From a virus (taxonomy: Duplodnaviria; Caudoviricetes), in IMG/VR virus record IMGVR_UViG_3300043447_000100, positions 1 through 64,000 of that record: 64,000 bases of DNA; one strand, written 5' to 3'. Numbering within the stretch: position 1 is the first letter of the stretch; the number at the start of each line of letters is the position of its first letter. This document shows, one piece after another, positions 46,661 through 56,629 of the stretch. The notes beneath the pieces were generated by a model that was given only the letters and a program-made list of their open reading frames with translations, ran no database searches and had not been told where the DNA came from. The position numbers were made by a program, and so were the translations under genes.

Positions 46661-48172
46661 ATGGCAACACGAGCACCAACGATTTCAGATGAACCATTAG
46701 CATCGCAACGTACAACAACTACGGCAACGACTGCTCGTGGCGCTGTGGCTGTAGACGCAGGCGCAGTTACGCAAACAGTATCAAGACGCTCTGTTACACT
46801 TGCCCCTACTACGATTCCTACATCAGCGGTTCAAGCAGACCCGCTACTACCAGCACAACAAGCCGCTATCGCCGCACAAACAGGCGCACCAGCAATCAAC
46901 CCGCAAAACATCGCACCTATCTCTGAGATTACCGGCGCTAATGTGATGCTTATTCAACCTGTTACGATACAAGAAATCGTAAACAAACCAGGCGGTACAA
47001 CTACTGGTGAAATTCAATATCTTGTTGGTAACTCTTTTGTTGCTGACCCTGACTTCAAGTATGACTCGCCAAGCGACACGCTATTAGTCAACGGCTCTAT
47101 CAGAGCAAACAACTTAACAACATTCGGCAAAGTAAACTTAGGTTACATCAGCAACATTGCTATCACAGGCGGTACTGCTAATCAAATCATTTCTCTCAAC
47201 GCTGATGGCACACTCAAGTGGATCAATCAATCACCACCACTAACATACAGCAACAGCAACGTAGCAAGTTATCTAACTTCAACATTCGCAAGTTATCTAA
47301 ACAACTATGTACCTGCGTATCACGGCAATCTAACAGTCAACAAGATTGCGGCTAACTCTATCACAGTAACGTCTGCTAACTTACACGTTACAGGCGGTGC
47401 TAATGGTCAGACACTACAAACAGACGGCGCAGGCAATCTAACATTCGTAACACCTTCATCATACGGCAACGGTGATGTGTACGCTTACATGCGCACGTAT
47501 CTACCTACAAACGCAGTAGATGTATCAGGCGCTAACATTGTAGCATCTACAAGTCTACGAACAACAGAACTAATCGCTAATGGTCAAGTGTATCTAGGTC
47601 ACTTAGACAACATTCGCATTGACGGCGGCTCTTCAGGTCAAGTTCTAGCAACTGATGGTGCTGGCGACTTAGTGTGGGTATCACAAGACAAGCTAAAGAA
47701 CGAACTAGCAGGCAGTGACACACAAATTCAATTCAATGATGCTAACGTTCACGGTGCCTCTGCTAATCTAACATTCAACAAAGCAACAAATACATTTACA
47801 ACAGATAATGTTGTTGCTAATAACATCACATTGGGTAATGCTACTGAATCAGTCAGAAACGAATTCTGGTTCAAGGCAGCTACTCATTCAACAGCTAACT
47901 CAGTCATTCTAGTAATGCCAGCCGCAAACGTAGCAGGTCTCGATGTAACAATCGTAGCTACTGAGGGCACGAACGCTAGAAAGATTAGTAAGATTTTGGT
48001 TGCTACATTGGGTAGCGTGACCAATCACTCCGAATACTCTACAAGGTATGTCGGTCCCAACCCCGGTGACTTCGATGTGAATCAGATCGGCCAAAACATT
48101 GCTCTCAGTGTTAAGCCGACCACAGCCAACACCGTAGTTTACAACATGATCGTAACAACATATAAAGATTGA
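46661..48172 (+). CDS. Fibre-like structural protein (503 aa)
   Basis: Three GG-x2-Q-x-L-x-TDG-x-G-x-L-x-W/F repeats, GSDTQIQFND linker, C-terminal domain shared with the next gene. Confidence 0.7.
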   Translation: MATRAPTISDEPLASQRTTTTATTARGAVAVDAGAVTQTVSRRSVTLAPTTIPTSAVQADPLLPAQQAAIAAQTGAPAINPQNIAPISEITGANVMLIQPVTIQEIVNKPGGTTTGEIQYLVGNSFVADPDFKYDSPSDTLLVNGSIRANNLTTFGKVNLGYISNIAITGGTANQIISLNADGTLKWINQSPPLTYSNSNVASYLTSTFASYLNNYVPAYHGNLTVNKIAANSITVTSANLHVTGGANGQTLQTDGAGNLTFVTPSSYGNGDVYAYMRTYLPTNAVDVSGANIVASTSLRTTELIANGQVYLGHLDNIRIDGGSSGQVLATDGAGDLVWVSQDKLKNELAGSDTQIQFNDANVHGASANLTFNKATNTFTTDNVVANNITLGNATESVRNEFWFKAATHSTANSVILVMPAANVAGLDVTIVATEGTNARKISKILVATLGSVTNHSEYSTRYVGPNPGDFDVNQIGQNIALSVKPTTANTVVYNMIVTTYKD

Positions 48173-48187
48173 AAGGTATAATAAATC

Positions 48188-50464
48188 ATGGCACAAACAG
48201 CATTTAATGTCGTCGGTGGTCTATCAGTCGGTAGCTCACAAATCCAAGTAATCGACGCCAACGGTAACCTAGTTCTAACGAACTCTAGTAACGTTGACTT
48301 GGGCAACGTAGCAAACGTACATATCGCAGGCGGCACATCAGGTCAACACTTGATGACTGACGGCAACGGTTCTCTAAGCTGGGCAACAGTATCAACAAGT
48401 GGTCTCTCAAACGGCACCACTCAAGTTGATATTGACGACAGTTCAGACATTCGTTTCTCTGTTGGCGGCAACGCTAACACGGCAGTATTCAACTCTAACG
48501 GCAACATCACTCTAAAGAGTGGCGCGGCACTAAAGTTTGGTAACACATCTACGATGATTCAGAACAGTGGCAACGATATCGTTATCACTCTCAACAGTAG
48601 TAACGCTCTAAGTGGCTTACAACTATCTGGCACAGGTCGTATCAAGGGCACTAACGGTCAAGTTATTGCTGTTGCTGGCACAGACACATTCAACATTGCT
48701 CAAAAGCTAACTGTTGGTTCTGTTACTGCTAACACAGGCATCAAACTAATCTCTAACGCCTCTTCAAGTCACGGCATTACAATTTTCCCAGGCACAAGTG
48801 CTAACTACAACTTAGTACTACCAGCATCAACAGGTGCTAATGGTCAAACTCTAATCACTGACGGCAATGGTCAACTATCATTCGCTGATATCGTTGAAGG
48901 CACTAACACACAAGTTCAGTTCAATGACAGTGGCTACATGGGCGCTGTTGCTGAGTTTACATTCGACAAATCAACAAACACACTAGCAACTACTAACCTA
49001 ACACTAGGCGGCAACGCTACAGTTGGCGGCACACTAGGCGTAACAGGCAACGTAAGTGTTGCTAACGTTGCGGCAAGTGGCGCTCTAGCAGTCACCGGCA
49101 ACACTACAGTTACAAACATCTCAGCTAGTGGCAACAGTGCGGTTACAGGCAACGCTACAGTAACAGGAACACTAGGTGTAACAGGCAACGCAAGTGTTGG
49201 TAACATCTCTGCTTCAGGTGCCGCATCTGTTGGTGGTAACGCTACAGTTACTGGTACTCTAGGCGTAACAGGCAACACTTCAGTAACAAACATTGCCGCA
49301 AGTGGCAACGCTACAGTAACTGGCAACGTGGCAGTAACTGGCGAACTAGCAGTAAGTGGCGATACAACAGTTGCTTATCTACAAGCATCTGACGGTATTA
49401 CAGTAACAGCAAGTGGCATTACAGTAACTGGCAACTCAAGTGTAACAGGCTCATTCCTAGTAACAGGTAACGCCGCCGCTACGGGCAGTCTAAGTGCTAC
49501 AGGTAACGTATCTGGCAACAACCTATCAGTAACTAACAACGCTAACATCGGCGGTACAGCTAACGTAGTTGGCGCAGCCGCATTCGGTAGTACAGTTGAT
49601 ATCGCTGGCAATACAACAGTAACTGGTAACCTAGTAGTTCAACAGAAAGCAAGTATCTCTGGTGATCTAGAAATCAGTGGTAACATTATCGTTAGTGGTA
49701 ACACTTCATATCAGAACGTAACAACAACAGCAACAGAAGACCCATTCATTATGCTTGGCGCTAACAACGCCGCAAACTTGGTCGAACTAGGCTTGTATGG
49801 TGTTTACAGTAACACAAACTACACTGGTTGGGCTCGTGATCACAACGATGGCATCTGGAAGTTGTTCAACACAACAGTAGCTCCTACTAACACAGTTGAC
49901 TGGGCTAACGTAACATACTCTACAGCTAAGTTCGGTAGTGTACAAACTACTGCTAACATCTCTGTTGGCAACGTAGCTAACGTTGGTGGTAACCTAAACG
50001 TATCAGGCGCAGCCGCTGTTACTGGTAACGTAACTGCTAACAACGTATCATTGACTAACAACATTGACGGTAAAGAAGCTATCTTCACTCAAGTCAGTGC
50101 TAACAAGTACATGATTGGTGACACACTACCAACATCATACATGGGCGCTACTACAGCGACTACAACTAGCATCACTGCTGGTCAAGTTATCGCTAAAGTA
50201 CCTGCGGTTGACGGTCAAGCTATTGAGTTCCGCATCAAAGGCATCGACGGCACTAACAAGTTCCAGACTTCTACAATCACTGCTCTAGTAGGCGTAGCCG
50301 CTAGTGACCAAGTTGACCACACAGAGTATGGCACAGTTATTCGTGGCTCAGCCGCTGGCTCACTAAACGTAGCAATCGTTGACTCACACGGTAACGTAGC
50401 TCTAACAGTATCACCAACAAGTAGCAACTCTACTGTTTGGACGGTACAATATCGTAGTCTATAA
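48188..50464 (+). CDS. Fibre-like structural protein with beta-helix repeats (758 aa)
   Basis: GNxxV hexa-repeats, TDGNG motifs, GTNTQVQFND linker, C-terminal domain paralogous to that of the 503-aa protein. Confidence 0.75.
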   Translation: MAQTAFNVVGGLSVGSSQIQVIDANGNLVLTNSSNVDLGNVANVHIAGGTSGQHLMTDGNGSLSWATVSTSGLSNGTTQVDIDDSSDIRFSVGGNANTAVFNSNGNITLKSGAALKFGNTSTMIQNSGNDIVITLNSSNALSGLQLSGTGRIKGTNGQVIAVAGTDTFNIAQKLTVGSVTANTGIKLISNASSSHGITIFPGTSANYNLVLPASTGANGQTLITDGNGQLSFADIVEGTNTQVQFNDSGYMGAVAEFTFDKSTNTLATTNLTLGGNATVGGTLGVTGNVSVANVAASGALAVTGNTTVTNISASGNSAVTGNATVTGTLGVTGNASVGNISASGAASVGGNATVTGTLGVTGNTSVTNIAASGNATVTGNVAVTGELAVSGDTTVAYLQASDGITVTASGITVTGNSSVTGSFLVTGNAAATGSLSATGNVSGNNLSVTNNANIGGTANVVGAAAFGSTVDIAGNTTVTGNLVVQQKASISGDLEISGNIIVSGNTSYQNVTTTATEDPFIMLGANNAANLVELGLYGVYSNTNYTGWARDHNDGIWKLFNTTVAPTNTVDWANVTYSTAKFGSVQTTANISVGNVANVGGNLNVSGAAAVTGNVTANNVSLTNNIDGKEAIFTQVSANKYMIGDTLPTSYMGATTATTTSITAGQVIAKVPAVDGQAIEFRIKGIDGTNKFQTSTITALVGVAASDQVDHTEYGTVIRGSAAGSLNVAIVDSHGNVALTVSPTSSNSTVWTVQYRSL
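49009..49330 (+). repeat. Intragenic repeats of GNATVxGTLGVTGNxSVxNIxASG
   Basis: Three clear copies plus partial ones; DNA repeats such as ggcaacgctacagt and ctaggcgtaacaggcaac. Confidence 0.75.
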
Positions 50465-50476
50465 TCTTTAGACAGC

Positions 50477-50484
50477 GATAAATA
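50477..50484 (+). promoter_or_regulatory. Late promoter GATAAATA
   Basis: Upstream of the 144-aa gene, abutting a terminator hairpin. Confidence 0.7.
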
Positions 50485-50487
50485 AAA

Positions 50488-50515
50488 GCAGAAGACTAAA
50501 CATCTTCTGCTTTTT
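50488..50515 (+). terminator. Intrinsic terminator GCAGAAGA-N7-TCTTCTGC-TTTTT
   Basis: 8-bp stem plus U5 after the 758-aa gene. Confidence 0.7.
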
Positions 50516-50535
50516 ACATTGGGAGACATGGAACA

Positions 50536-50970
50536 ATGGCATCAAAAAACTTCGTAGTCAATAATGGACTAACGTCAGGCAATATCGTGCTTGACGCCGC
50601 AACCGCAAACATCACTGGCGTAGCTACGGTAACAGCTACAGCCGTATCAGCTAACACCATCTCTGCTACGGGCAACGTAACGCTAAGCGGCACACTCTAC
50701 AGAACACCGTCAACCGCTAACGAATACTTTGAGCTATTCGACTCGGTTACAGCCGACACTCGTGCTTACAATGGTGATGGTACACTAAACACTAAGACAA
50801 AGACACTGCCATCTTCCTTAGTGCTGGTTCAGAAATACAACTATGACGCTAACTTAGCAGTGACTACAAAAGTCATTTATGCTAACTCAGTTAGTGCTCC
50901 TAACATCAGAGCAACAGCAACATACAACTACGACAGTAGCGGTACACTAACAAGCATCACTATCGCTTAA
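50536..50970 (+). CDS. Small structural/adaptor protein (144 aa)
   Basis: N-terminal KNFVVNNGL motif like that of the 758-aa protein; C-terminal YD-like beta hairpins (YNGDGTL, YNYDANL, YNYDSSGTLTSI); GGGAG RBS. Confidence 0.7.
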   Translation: MASKNFVVNNGLTSGNIVLDAATANITGVATVTATAVSANTISATGNVTLSGTLYRTPSTANEYFELFDSVTADTRAYNGDGTLNTKTKTLPSSLVLVQKYNYDANLAVTTKVIYANSVSAPNIRATATYNYDSSGTLTSITIA

Positions 50971-50980
50971 GGATAGAACG

Positions 50981-52462
50981 ATGACATTCGCTTTAGTAGG
51001 TTCAACAATCACTCAGAGTGGCACAGACAACGCTCTACCAACAACCAGTGGCAACGGCTTCACAGTCACTACTGCTAACGGTATCAACACGGTCAGCTTT
51101 GGCACTAACACACTTGTTATTACAGGCACGTGTACCGTAGCATACAATCAGGTGCTAACTAACACAAGTGGCGGCGGCATCAACATTCAAGCTGGCGGCA
51201 CTCTCACATTCAACGGCGAACAAACAATCAACGGCGTAGCACAGCCAGTAGGCGGCGTATTGGCAAACATTGTATCTACTGGTATCGCCGCACCTCTAGG
51301 CGCTATTCGTCTAACATCTACAAACGTGAACTCACGAGCAATGCTTGTTGTTCGCAACTGTGAGATTCGTGTAAACAGTAGTGAATGGGCTTCAATCTCT
51401 GCTAACGATAACGGGTTGAACACAATCAGAACAGAAGGTGACTTTGCTTTCATTCAAGCAGACCTATCACTAACAGGCACCAACAAGAAGCGTGTTCGTA
51501 TCAACAGTGCTAACCCTGTGTTAGACTTACAAGCAACTAATACTCGTAGTGGTATGTGGTTCAACTTTGGCGCGGCACAAACAAGTGTCAAGGGCTATAC
51601 ACCACTGAACGTAGATGGTCCAGAAATCAACGTGGCATCCCTAACAACTGCTAACCAAGTTGTGCTGGATGGTTATAACATCAACGGCGTTGTTGGTAGT
51701 TACTACACTAACGCTCATATCGTTATCTTCGGTGGCGCTTGGTGTAAGTTGAAGAACTTTCATCGTGGCACTAATATGACTTGGTATCCTAGTGATGGTA
51801 CTACTACTCAAAACAACTTTATTGAGTGGAGCACAGGCTTACGCTTTGAAGTAAAAGACGCTATCGGCAACAACATTCAAAGTGCTAAGGTCTATGTTCC
51901 TGCTAATACAAACACCATGACCTTTAGACCAAAAGGACAAACATCGGCTGTTCGTAGTCAGCCAACACTCAACTTATCAACCGACGCCACTGGTGTTGTT
52001 ACTAGTGAATACACATACGCTTGTGGCTTATCTACAGGTGGTGGCACTAACATCAACGCTAACACTTCTACTTACTTCTGTCCAACGACAACAGCTGGTG
52101 CCGAAGCAACTACATACAAGATTCGTCACTACGGCTATGGAGCAACAAGTGGCACTATTACGCTTGCTCGTTCTACAGATGCGGTTATTACAGCCGCTCT
52201 ACCAGCAGATGTTTCAGCGACCCTCACAGAAGCGGCAGCGGCAGCACTAACAGGTATCACAATCACTAAGGCAACGGGAACACCGTCTCCTACAAATCAA
52301 CACACGATTACAGTAACAGCAAGTGCTAACAGAACCTTAGACCAAATCTATTGTTTCTGGAAGCAATGGTTCTGCCAGTTCGCTAACTTTGATGTGAACG
52401 ATGTATTGGTCGAATCTAACAACAAACTAATCTTGGGTAATTACAAGATTGTAATGGCATAA
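50981..52462 (+). CDS. Putative adhesin/receptor-binding head module A (493 aa)
   Basis: Beta-rich, parallel-beta-helix-like N-terminus; C-terminal ~80 aa shared with the next gene; AAGGA RBS. Confidence 0.65.
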   Translation: MTFALVGSTITQSGTDNALPTTSGNGFTVTTANGINTVSFGTNTLVITGTCTVAYNQVLTNTSGGGINIQAGGTLTFNGEQTINGVAQPVGGVLANIVSTGIAAPLGAIRLTSTNVNSRAMLVVRNCEIRVNSSEWASISANDNGLNTIRTEGDFAFIQADLSLTGTNKKRVRINSANPVLDLQATNTRSGMWFNFGAAQTSVKGYTPLNVDGPEINVASLTTANQVVLDGYNINGVVGSYYTNAHIVIFGGAWCKLKNFHRGTNMTWYPSDGTTTQNNFIEWSTGLRFEVKDAIGNNIQSAKVYVPANTNTMTFRPKGQTSAVRSQPTLNLSTDATGVVTSEYTYACGLSTGGGTNINANTSTYFCPTTTAGAEATTYKIRHYGYGATSGTITLARSTDAVITAALPADVSATLTEAAAAALTGITITKATGTPSPTNQHTITVTASANRTLDQIYCFWKQWFCQFANFDVNDVLVESNNKLILGNYKIVMA

Positions 52463-53920
52463 AGGAATAACATGGCAGACGTAAGCATAACAACAAACGA
52501 CACATTCTCAACTCATACAGCAGATACTAACTTTACTCGTCCTACTAACGCTGGTGAGACAATCGTTATCAACGCTGGTCAAGTAAACATCGGTGCCTCA
52601 ACTCAAGCAGGTCCAATCACAGTCAACATTGACCAAGACTTAGTGTGTAACAGACTTAGAATTCTAGGTCATTCATCTAACGCTACTAACAGAACAACAG
52701 TCAACATTGGTATGGCTGAGACTGGAACTACTAACGGCACTATTGGTCAGGGCGTAGTTATCAAGTGTTTGACAGATGCCCAATGGACAGCAGATACTGG
52801 TTCTATCAACACTGGTGGTTACACAACAGTCAACATCTACAATAGTATTCTAAAGAGCACGGGCAACGGTCCTGCTATCGGTCAATATCAACCGACTCAA
52901 GATCAGGGCAACGTTCGTATGAACATCTACAACTCACGTTTTGAGAACTATGCGGCAAGTGACTTCCGAGATTACGGTGACGGTGGTGAACCTATGATTG
53001 CTCCTTCGTCAAGATTACAAAACGTAGTGTTTCGTGGTTTCACAAAAGTATGGTTCAACGGCTCACCTACCTCAGACAGTTACGGTATCGACATGGTTTC
53101 ATATGACCCTACTGGTGGTACACTAATGGGTCTTGCTATTGCTGACGCTACTGTTGACGTTACTTTCAACAAGTGTTCAAGTGACCGTTACGGTATTCAG
53201 CAAGCAACAACACGTACTCAAACCCTAAACTTGATTGACTGCCAGTTGACTGATAGTATTGTTATCAACCAAAACGTCACTAACAACCGAGTATTCAACT
53301 TCTCTAAAACGGTTGGTAGTAAAGTCGTGACAGGTGCCGCTACATACCCGCTACGTATTCTAAACAGCGTGGGTGTAGTTCAGACTATTACTCAAACACC
53401 AGGTAGTGAAACAACAGCCGCTATCAACTGGTTGACGCTAACTAATCCAGGCACTAACAACGCTGGTTTCGCTACAATGAGTGCCGCTAACGTCCTATCT
53501 GCTACAAGTGATACTAACTTTACAATCGTTCGTCGCTTGCCACTAAAGATTCAACTCAACGACTATCGCTACAAGCGACTTGAGCGAGTTATTGACGCTA
53601 ATGCCTTATCACTAACAACCAGCGCCGCTAAAGACGCTATTCTACTAACAGGTGTAGCCGACTTAGATAAAGCCGCTACGCTAACACAAGCCGCCGCCAC
53701 CGCACTAACTGGCATCACAATCACTAAAGCAACCGGCACACCTTCTCCTACAAACCAACACACGATTACTGTAACAGCCTCTGCTAACAGAACATTAGAC
53801 GATATCTATTGTTTCTGGAAAAACTGGTGGGTACAAGATGCTCAATGGGACGTAACAGACGAAATAACAGTTAGCGGCACAAGAATGATCTTAGGTAACT
53901 ACAAGATCGTCATGGCATAA
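52244..53920 (+). repeat. Diverged direct repeat (52244-52462 and 53702-53920, offset 1458) encoding the shared C-termini
   Basis: 33 identical residues ALTGITITKATGTPSPTNQHTITVTASANRTLD, then IYCFWK and terminal ILGNYKIVMA-stop; DNA differences in the identical blocks are synonymous. Confidence 0.9.
52472..53920 (+). CDS. Putative adhesin/receptor-binding head module B (482 aa)
   Basis: Different beta-helix-like N-terminus, same C-terminal module; AAGGA RBS. Confidence 0.65.
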   Translation: MADVSITTNDTFSTHTADTNFTRPTNAGETIVINAGQVNIGASTQAGPITVNIDQDLVCNRLRILGHSSNATNRTTVNIGMAETGTTNGTIGQGVVIKCLTDAQWTADTGSINTGGYTTVNIYNSILKSTGNGPAIGQYQPTQDQGNVRMNIYNSRFENYAASDFRDYGDGGEPMIAPSSRLQNVVFRGFTKVWFNGSPTSDSYGIDMVSYDPTGGTLMGLAIADATVDVTFNKCSSDRYGIQQATTRTQTLNLIDCQLTDSIVINQNVTNNRVFNFSKTVGSKVVTGAATYPLRILNSVGVVQTITQTPGSETTAAINWLTLTNPGTNNAGFATMSAANVLSATSDTNFTIVRRLPLKIQLNDYRYKRLERVIDANALSLTTSAAKDAILLTGVADLDKAATLTQAAATALTGITITKATGTPSPTNQHTITVTASANRTLDDIYCFWKNWWVQDAQWDVTDEITVSGTRMILGNYKIVMA

Positions 53921-53921
53921 C

Positions 53922-53929
53922 AATAAATA
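53922..53929 (+). promoter_or_regulatory. Late promoter AATAAATA for the 784-aa gene
   Basis: Motif followed by AAGGA RBS. Confidence 0.6.
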
Positions 53930-53948
53930 GCACAATAAGGATACTAAA

Positions 53949-56303
53949 ATGATTTCAGGAACAACATTTACGGGCGTAGAAACATCAGGCAACGTTGACT
54001 TGGCTGGGGATACCTCAGAATCCAACATCACGCTTGGCGCTGGTAACTACTACAACGTCCCAGCTACATTCACAAACGTAACGTTCGATACTACAAACGG
54101 CAACGTTATGCTGGAGATGGACCGAGCCAACACCACTTATATGTTCAATAGCTGTACATACGTAGGCACCACAAACAAGATCAAAATCTTGCCTAATGCC
54201 GCTAACATCGTAATTTCTACATCTATTGCCAACTCAAACTTTGCTACACAAGCAGGTGGCTCAGGTAGTTACACAATCACAACGCCTAAAGCAACGGTCA
54301 AGTTCACTGGACACAAAGCAAATAGCCGTATCGTTGTTCGTCAGAGTGGCTCAGTCACCGAAACAACTAAAGCAACTACAACTGCCGACGCTGTTATGAC
54401 TACTCAGTACGACTTGACAACTACAATCACATACCGTGTATTCTGTGCTGGCTACAAACCAGTATCAGGCTCACTAACATTCTCAGCAAGTGGTCAAAAT
54501 ACAATCACAATCGCTCAGGAAGTTAGTGACGGTTATTCAACACCTACAGTAACAGTACGCACAATCAATGGCACCACAATCAATGCTGGCGGCGCAGTTG
54601 ATATCAGCACAACTGGCAGCACAATTGGCTTTACTAATGCTCTTCCTGACCTACGTGAAGCTCTAAGTGCTGTTGCCAGTGCTTGGGTTGACCAATCTAC
54701 TCTATACAATCTAGATACAAGCTACCCATTTGACTTAGACTCTGTTTCTGGTATTGAAATCTTAGAACCATGGGCATTAGTAGATGATGATAACTCTCAA
54801 AATGAAGGTTACATCAGAATGAACGCCACAACCGGCGCAATTTCTCTAATGAGAATGTGTATTATTACTACTGGTAACACAGACCCAGTTCGTTTACGTA
54901 TTTACAACGGCGCTACGGTACAACAAGACATCTCATTGACTGTGCAACCCATCAACACTCTTGTGACCATCGATCATACTCAAACAACAGTCACTGCTCG
55001 CATGGAAATCAAGAATGCCGATGAAGTATTCATTGTAAACACTGAAACATTCATTGCTAATGGCAAATCACAGAAGAAGTTCTACAAGAACAGTAACACC
55101 GCGTTTACTCAAAACGTTGATGCTACTATTACTGGCACAGTTCGCTACGATGTGGCCATTACAAAAGTCGTTACCGCTACTCGAAATGACGTTGACGCTA
55201 ACGGTACTACCCGTACATTCGCTAAAGCGTTCCAGATTTACAACGATACTACAACCCGTCAAGACCTATTGAATCAAATTGCGGCTATCATGGCGGCTGA
55301 TGACTCATTCAACTCTAAGACCTATACTCTAAACGGCAACATTATTGTTCTGCCACAGGGCTGCCAAGTCATTTACGCCAACGGCAACATTGTCAGTGGT
55401 CAGTTGACAGCGTTCTTGACAGTCAGAGACAACTCAGGTAACGCTTTCGTATTCCCACAACAGCGCCCACTAGTTATCTCTCACGGCGGCACATTCACTG
55501 GCTCTATCAACTATGCGGTTGTAAACGCCGCTGGCAACGTTATCACCGACGCTGATGGTGTAGCAGTGCAGGGTTCTATTGCTCAAAACGCTTCCATCAA
55601 CCGAGGCATCCCTACAAACGTAGATACTGCTCTAACCGTGTACTTTTCAGCCAACGGATGTCAGCCTGGCAGTGCCTCAGGAACCCTGATCCTAGCTGGC
55701 TTGACCTTCTCTCTAACTCCATACGACGAAACAGTAATGTTGTACAGTAACGAAGCTCAAGCAACCGACGATATCAATGCTGGTACCCGTGCTTGGAATA
55801 CGGAGATTGATAACATCACTATCGACTGGACAAACAAGGTTATAACAGTACCTAACTCAATCCTAGACTGTGAAATCAACTTCCTATACCGCAAGTGGAA
55901 GAAGTCTGTTGACGCTGATACTACTAAGTTGAGCTACGGTATTGCCCTAGTCGGTACAAACCAATCAAGAGCACCTACCGCTACTAACAACCAGTATCTA
56001 TGGAACCCTGAGTGGTCATTTGACAACAACTGGGCCGTAAACTGTGCCGCTAACCGCTCAGTAAGCTCACCACTACAGTTGAGTGCTTCTAACATCGACC
56101 GTAATGATACCGCTAACCGCAACGGCGTTGTTTATGTGTTCCCTCTAGCCAACGGCTCAGCGCCGGTTCTACGCTTGGTAGTTGGTACAAGTCAGGAATT
56201 CCAGGTAGACACGACTAACAAGTTGACTGCTATGACTGATGACTTGACAACAACCCTAGAAAAGCTAGACGTACTCAAGCGTAATCTAACAAACTTGATG
56301 TAA
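53949..56303 (+). CDS. Multi-domain beta-rich virion protein (784 aa) with Ig/transthyretin-like segments and a C-terminal coiled coil
   Basis: YRVFCAGYKP and VYFSANGCQP beta-sandwich-type motifs; helical tail LTAMTDDLTTTLEKLDVLKRNL. Confidence 0.6.
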   Translation: MISGTTFTGVETSGNVDLAGDTSESNITLGAGNYYNVPATFTNVTFDTTNGNVMLEMDRANTTYMFNSCTYVGTTNKIKILPNAANIVISTSIANSNFATQAGGSGSYTITTPKATVKFTGHKANSRIVVRQSGSVTETTKATTTADAVMTTQYDLTTTITYRVFCAGYKPVSGSLTFSASGQNTITIAQEVSDGYSTPTVTVRTINGTTINAGGAVDISTTGSTIGFTNALPDLREALSAVASAWVDQSTLYNLDTSYPFDLDSVSGIEILEPWALVDDDNSQNEGYIRMNATTGAISLMRMCIITTGNTDPVRLRIYNGATVQQDISLTVQPINTLVTIDHTQTTVTARMEIKNADEVFIVNTETFIANGKSQKKFYKNSNTAFTQNVDATITGTVRYDVAITKVVTATRNDVDANGTTRTFAKAFQIYNDTTTRQDLLNQIAAIMAADDSFNSKTYTLNGNIIVLPQGCQVIYANGNIVSGQLTAFLTVRDNSGNAFVFPQQRPLVISHGGTFTGSINYAVVNAAGNVITDADGVAVQGSIAQNASINRGIPTNVDTALTVYFSANGCQPGSASGTLILAGLTFSLTPYDETVMLYSNEAQATDDINAGTRAWNTEIDNITIDWTNKVITVPNSILDCEINFLYRKWKKSVDADTTKLSYGIALVGTNQSRAPTATNNQYLWNPEWSFDNNWAVNCAANRSVSSPLQLSASNIDRNDTANRNGVVYVFPLANGSAPVLRLVVGTSQEFQVDTTNKLTAMTDDLTTTLEKLDVLKRNLTNLM

Positions 56304-56624
56304 TCACAGGCGTATATCGTCTAACCCGACAGTAGCATCAACAGTCAATTCGTACTGTTGATGCTCTTTTTCTTTGATGTGCTTGAAATGTAGGCGGCTA
56401 CAGCAAGCACATATACTACGACCTTCTACCAAGTCCATCTGACAAGCATCCGTGGCTTCAAATCCACACCGTTCGCACTTGAGTGAGACTTCACGCTTCT
56501 TGCGGTACTTAGCACTGTCACAACTGCTACAGTATTTGCGCCACAGACGAACACCAGTAACACTTTTACCTGCACTGCGCCCTGGTCGTTCGCCACATTG
56601 CTCACACATTGGTCGTTTATTCAT
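56304..56624 (-). CDS. Small double zinc-finger protein (106 aa), degenerate HNH-like
   Basis: CEQC, CSSC, CERC, CACC; true start ATG 56624 because the ORF-track extension overlaps the next gene and its promoter. Confidence 0.75.
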   Translation of the reverse strand: MNKRPMCEQCGERPGRSAGKSVTGVRLWRKYCSSCDSAKYRKKREVSLKCERCGFEATDACQMDLVEGRSICACCSRLHFKHIKEKEHQQYELTVDATVGLDDIRL

Positions 56625-56629
56625 AAACT

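Noticed and set aside
52244-53920. Diversity-generating retroelement template/variable repeat pair
   Set aside because: Differences are synonymous or clustered amino-acid changes, not adenine-specific; both copies are in intact ORFs; no reverse transcriptase in the window
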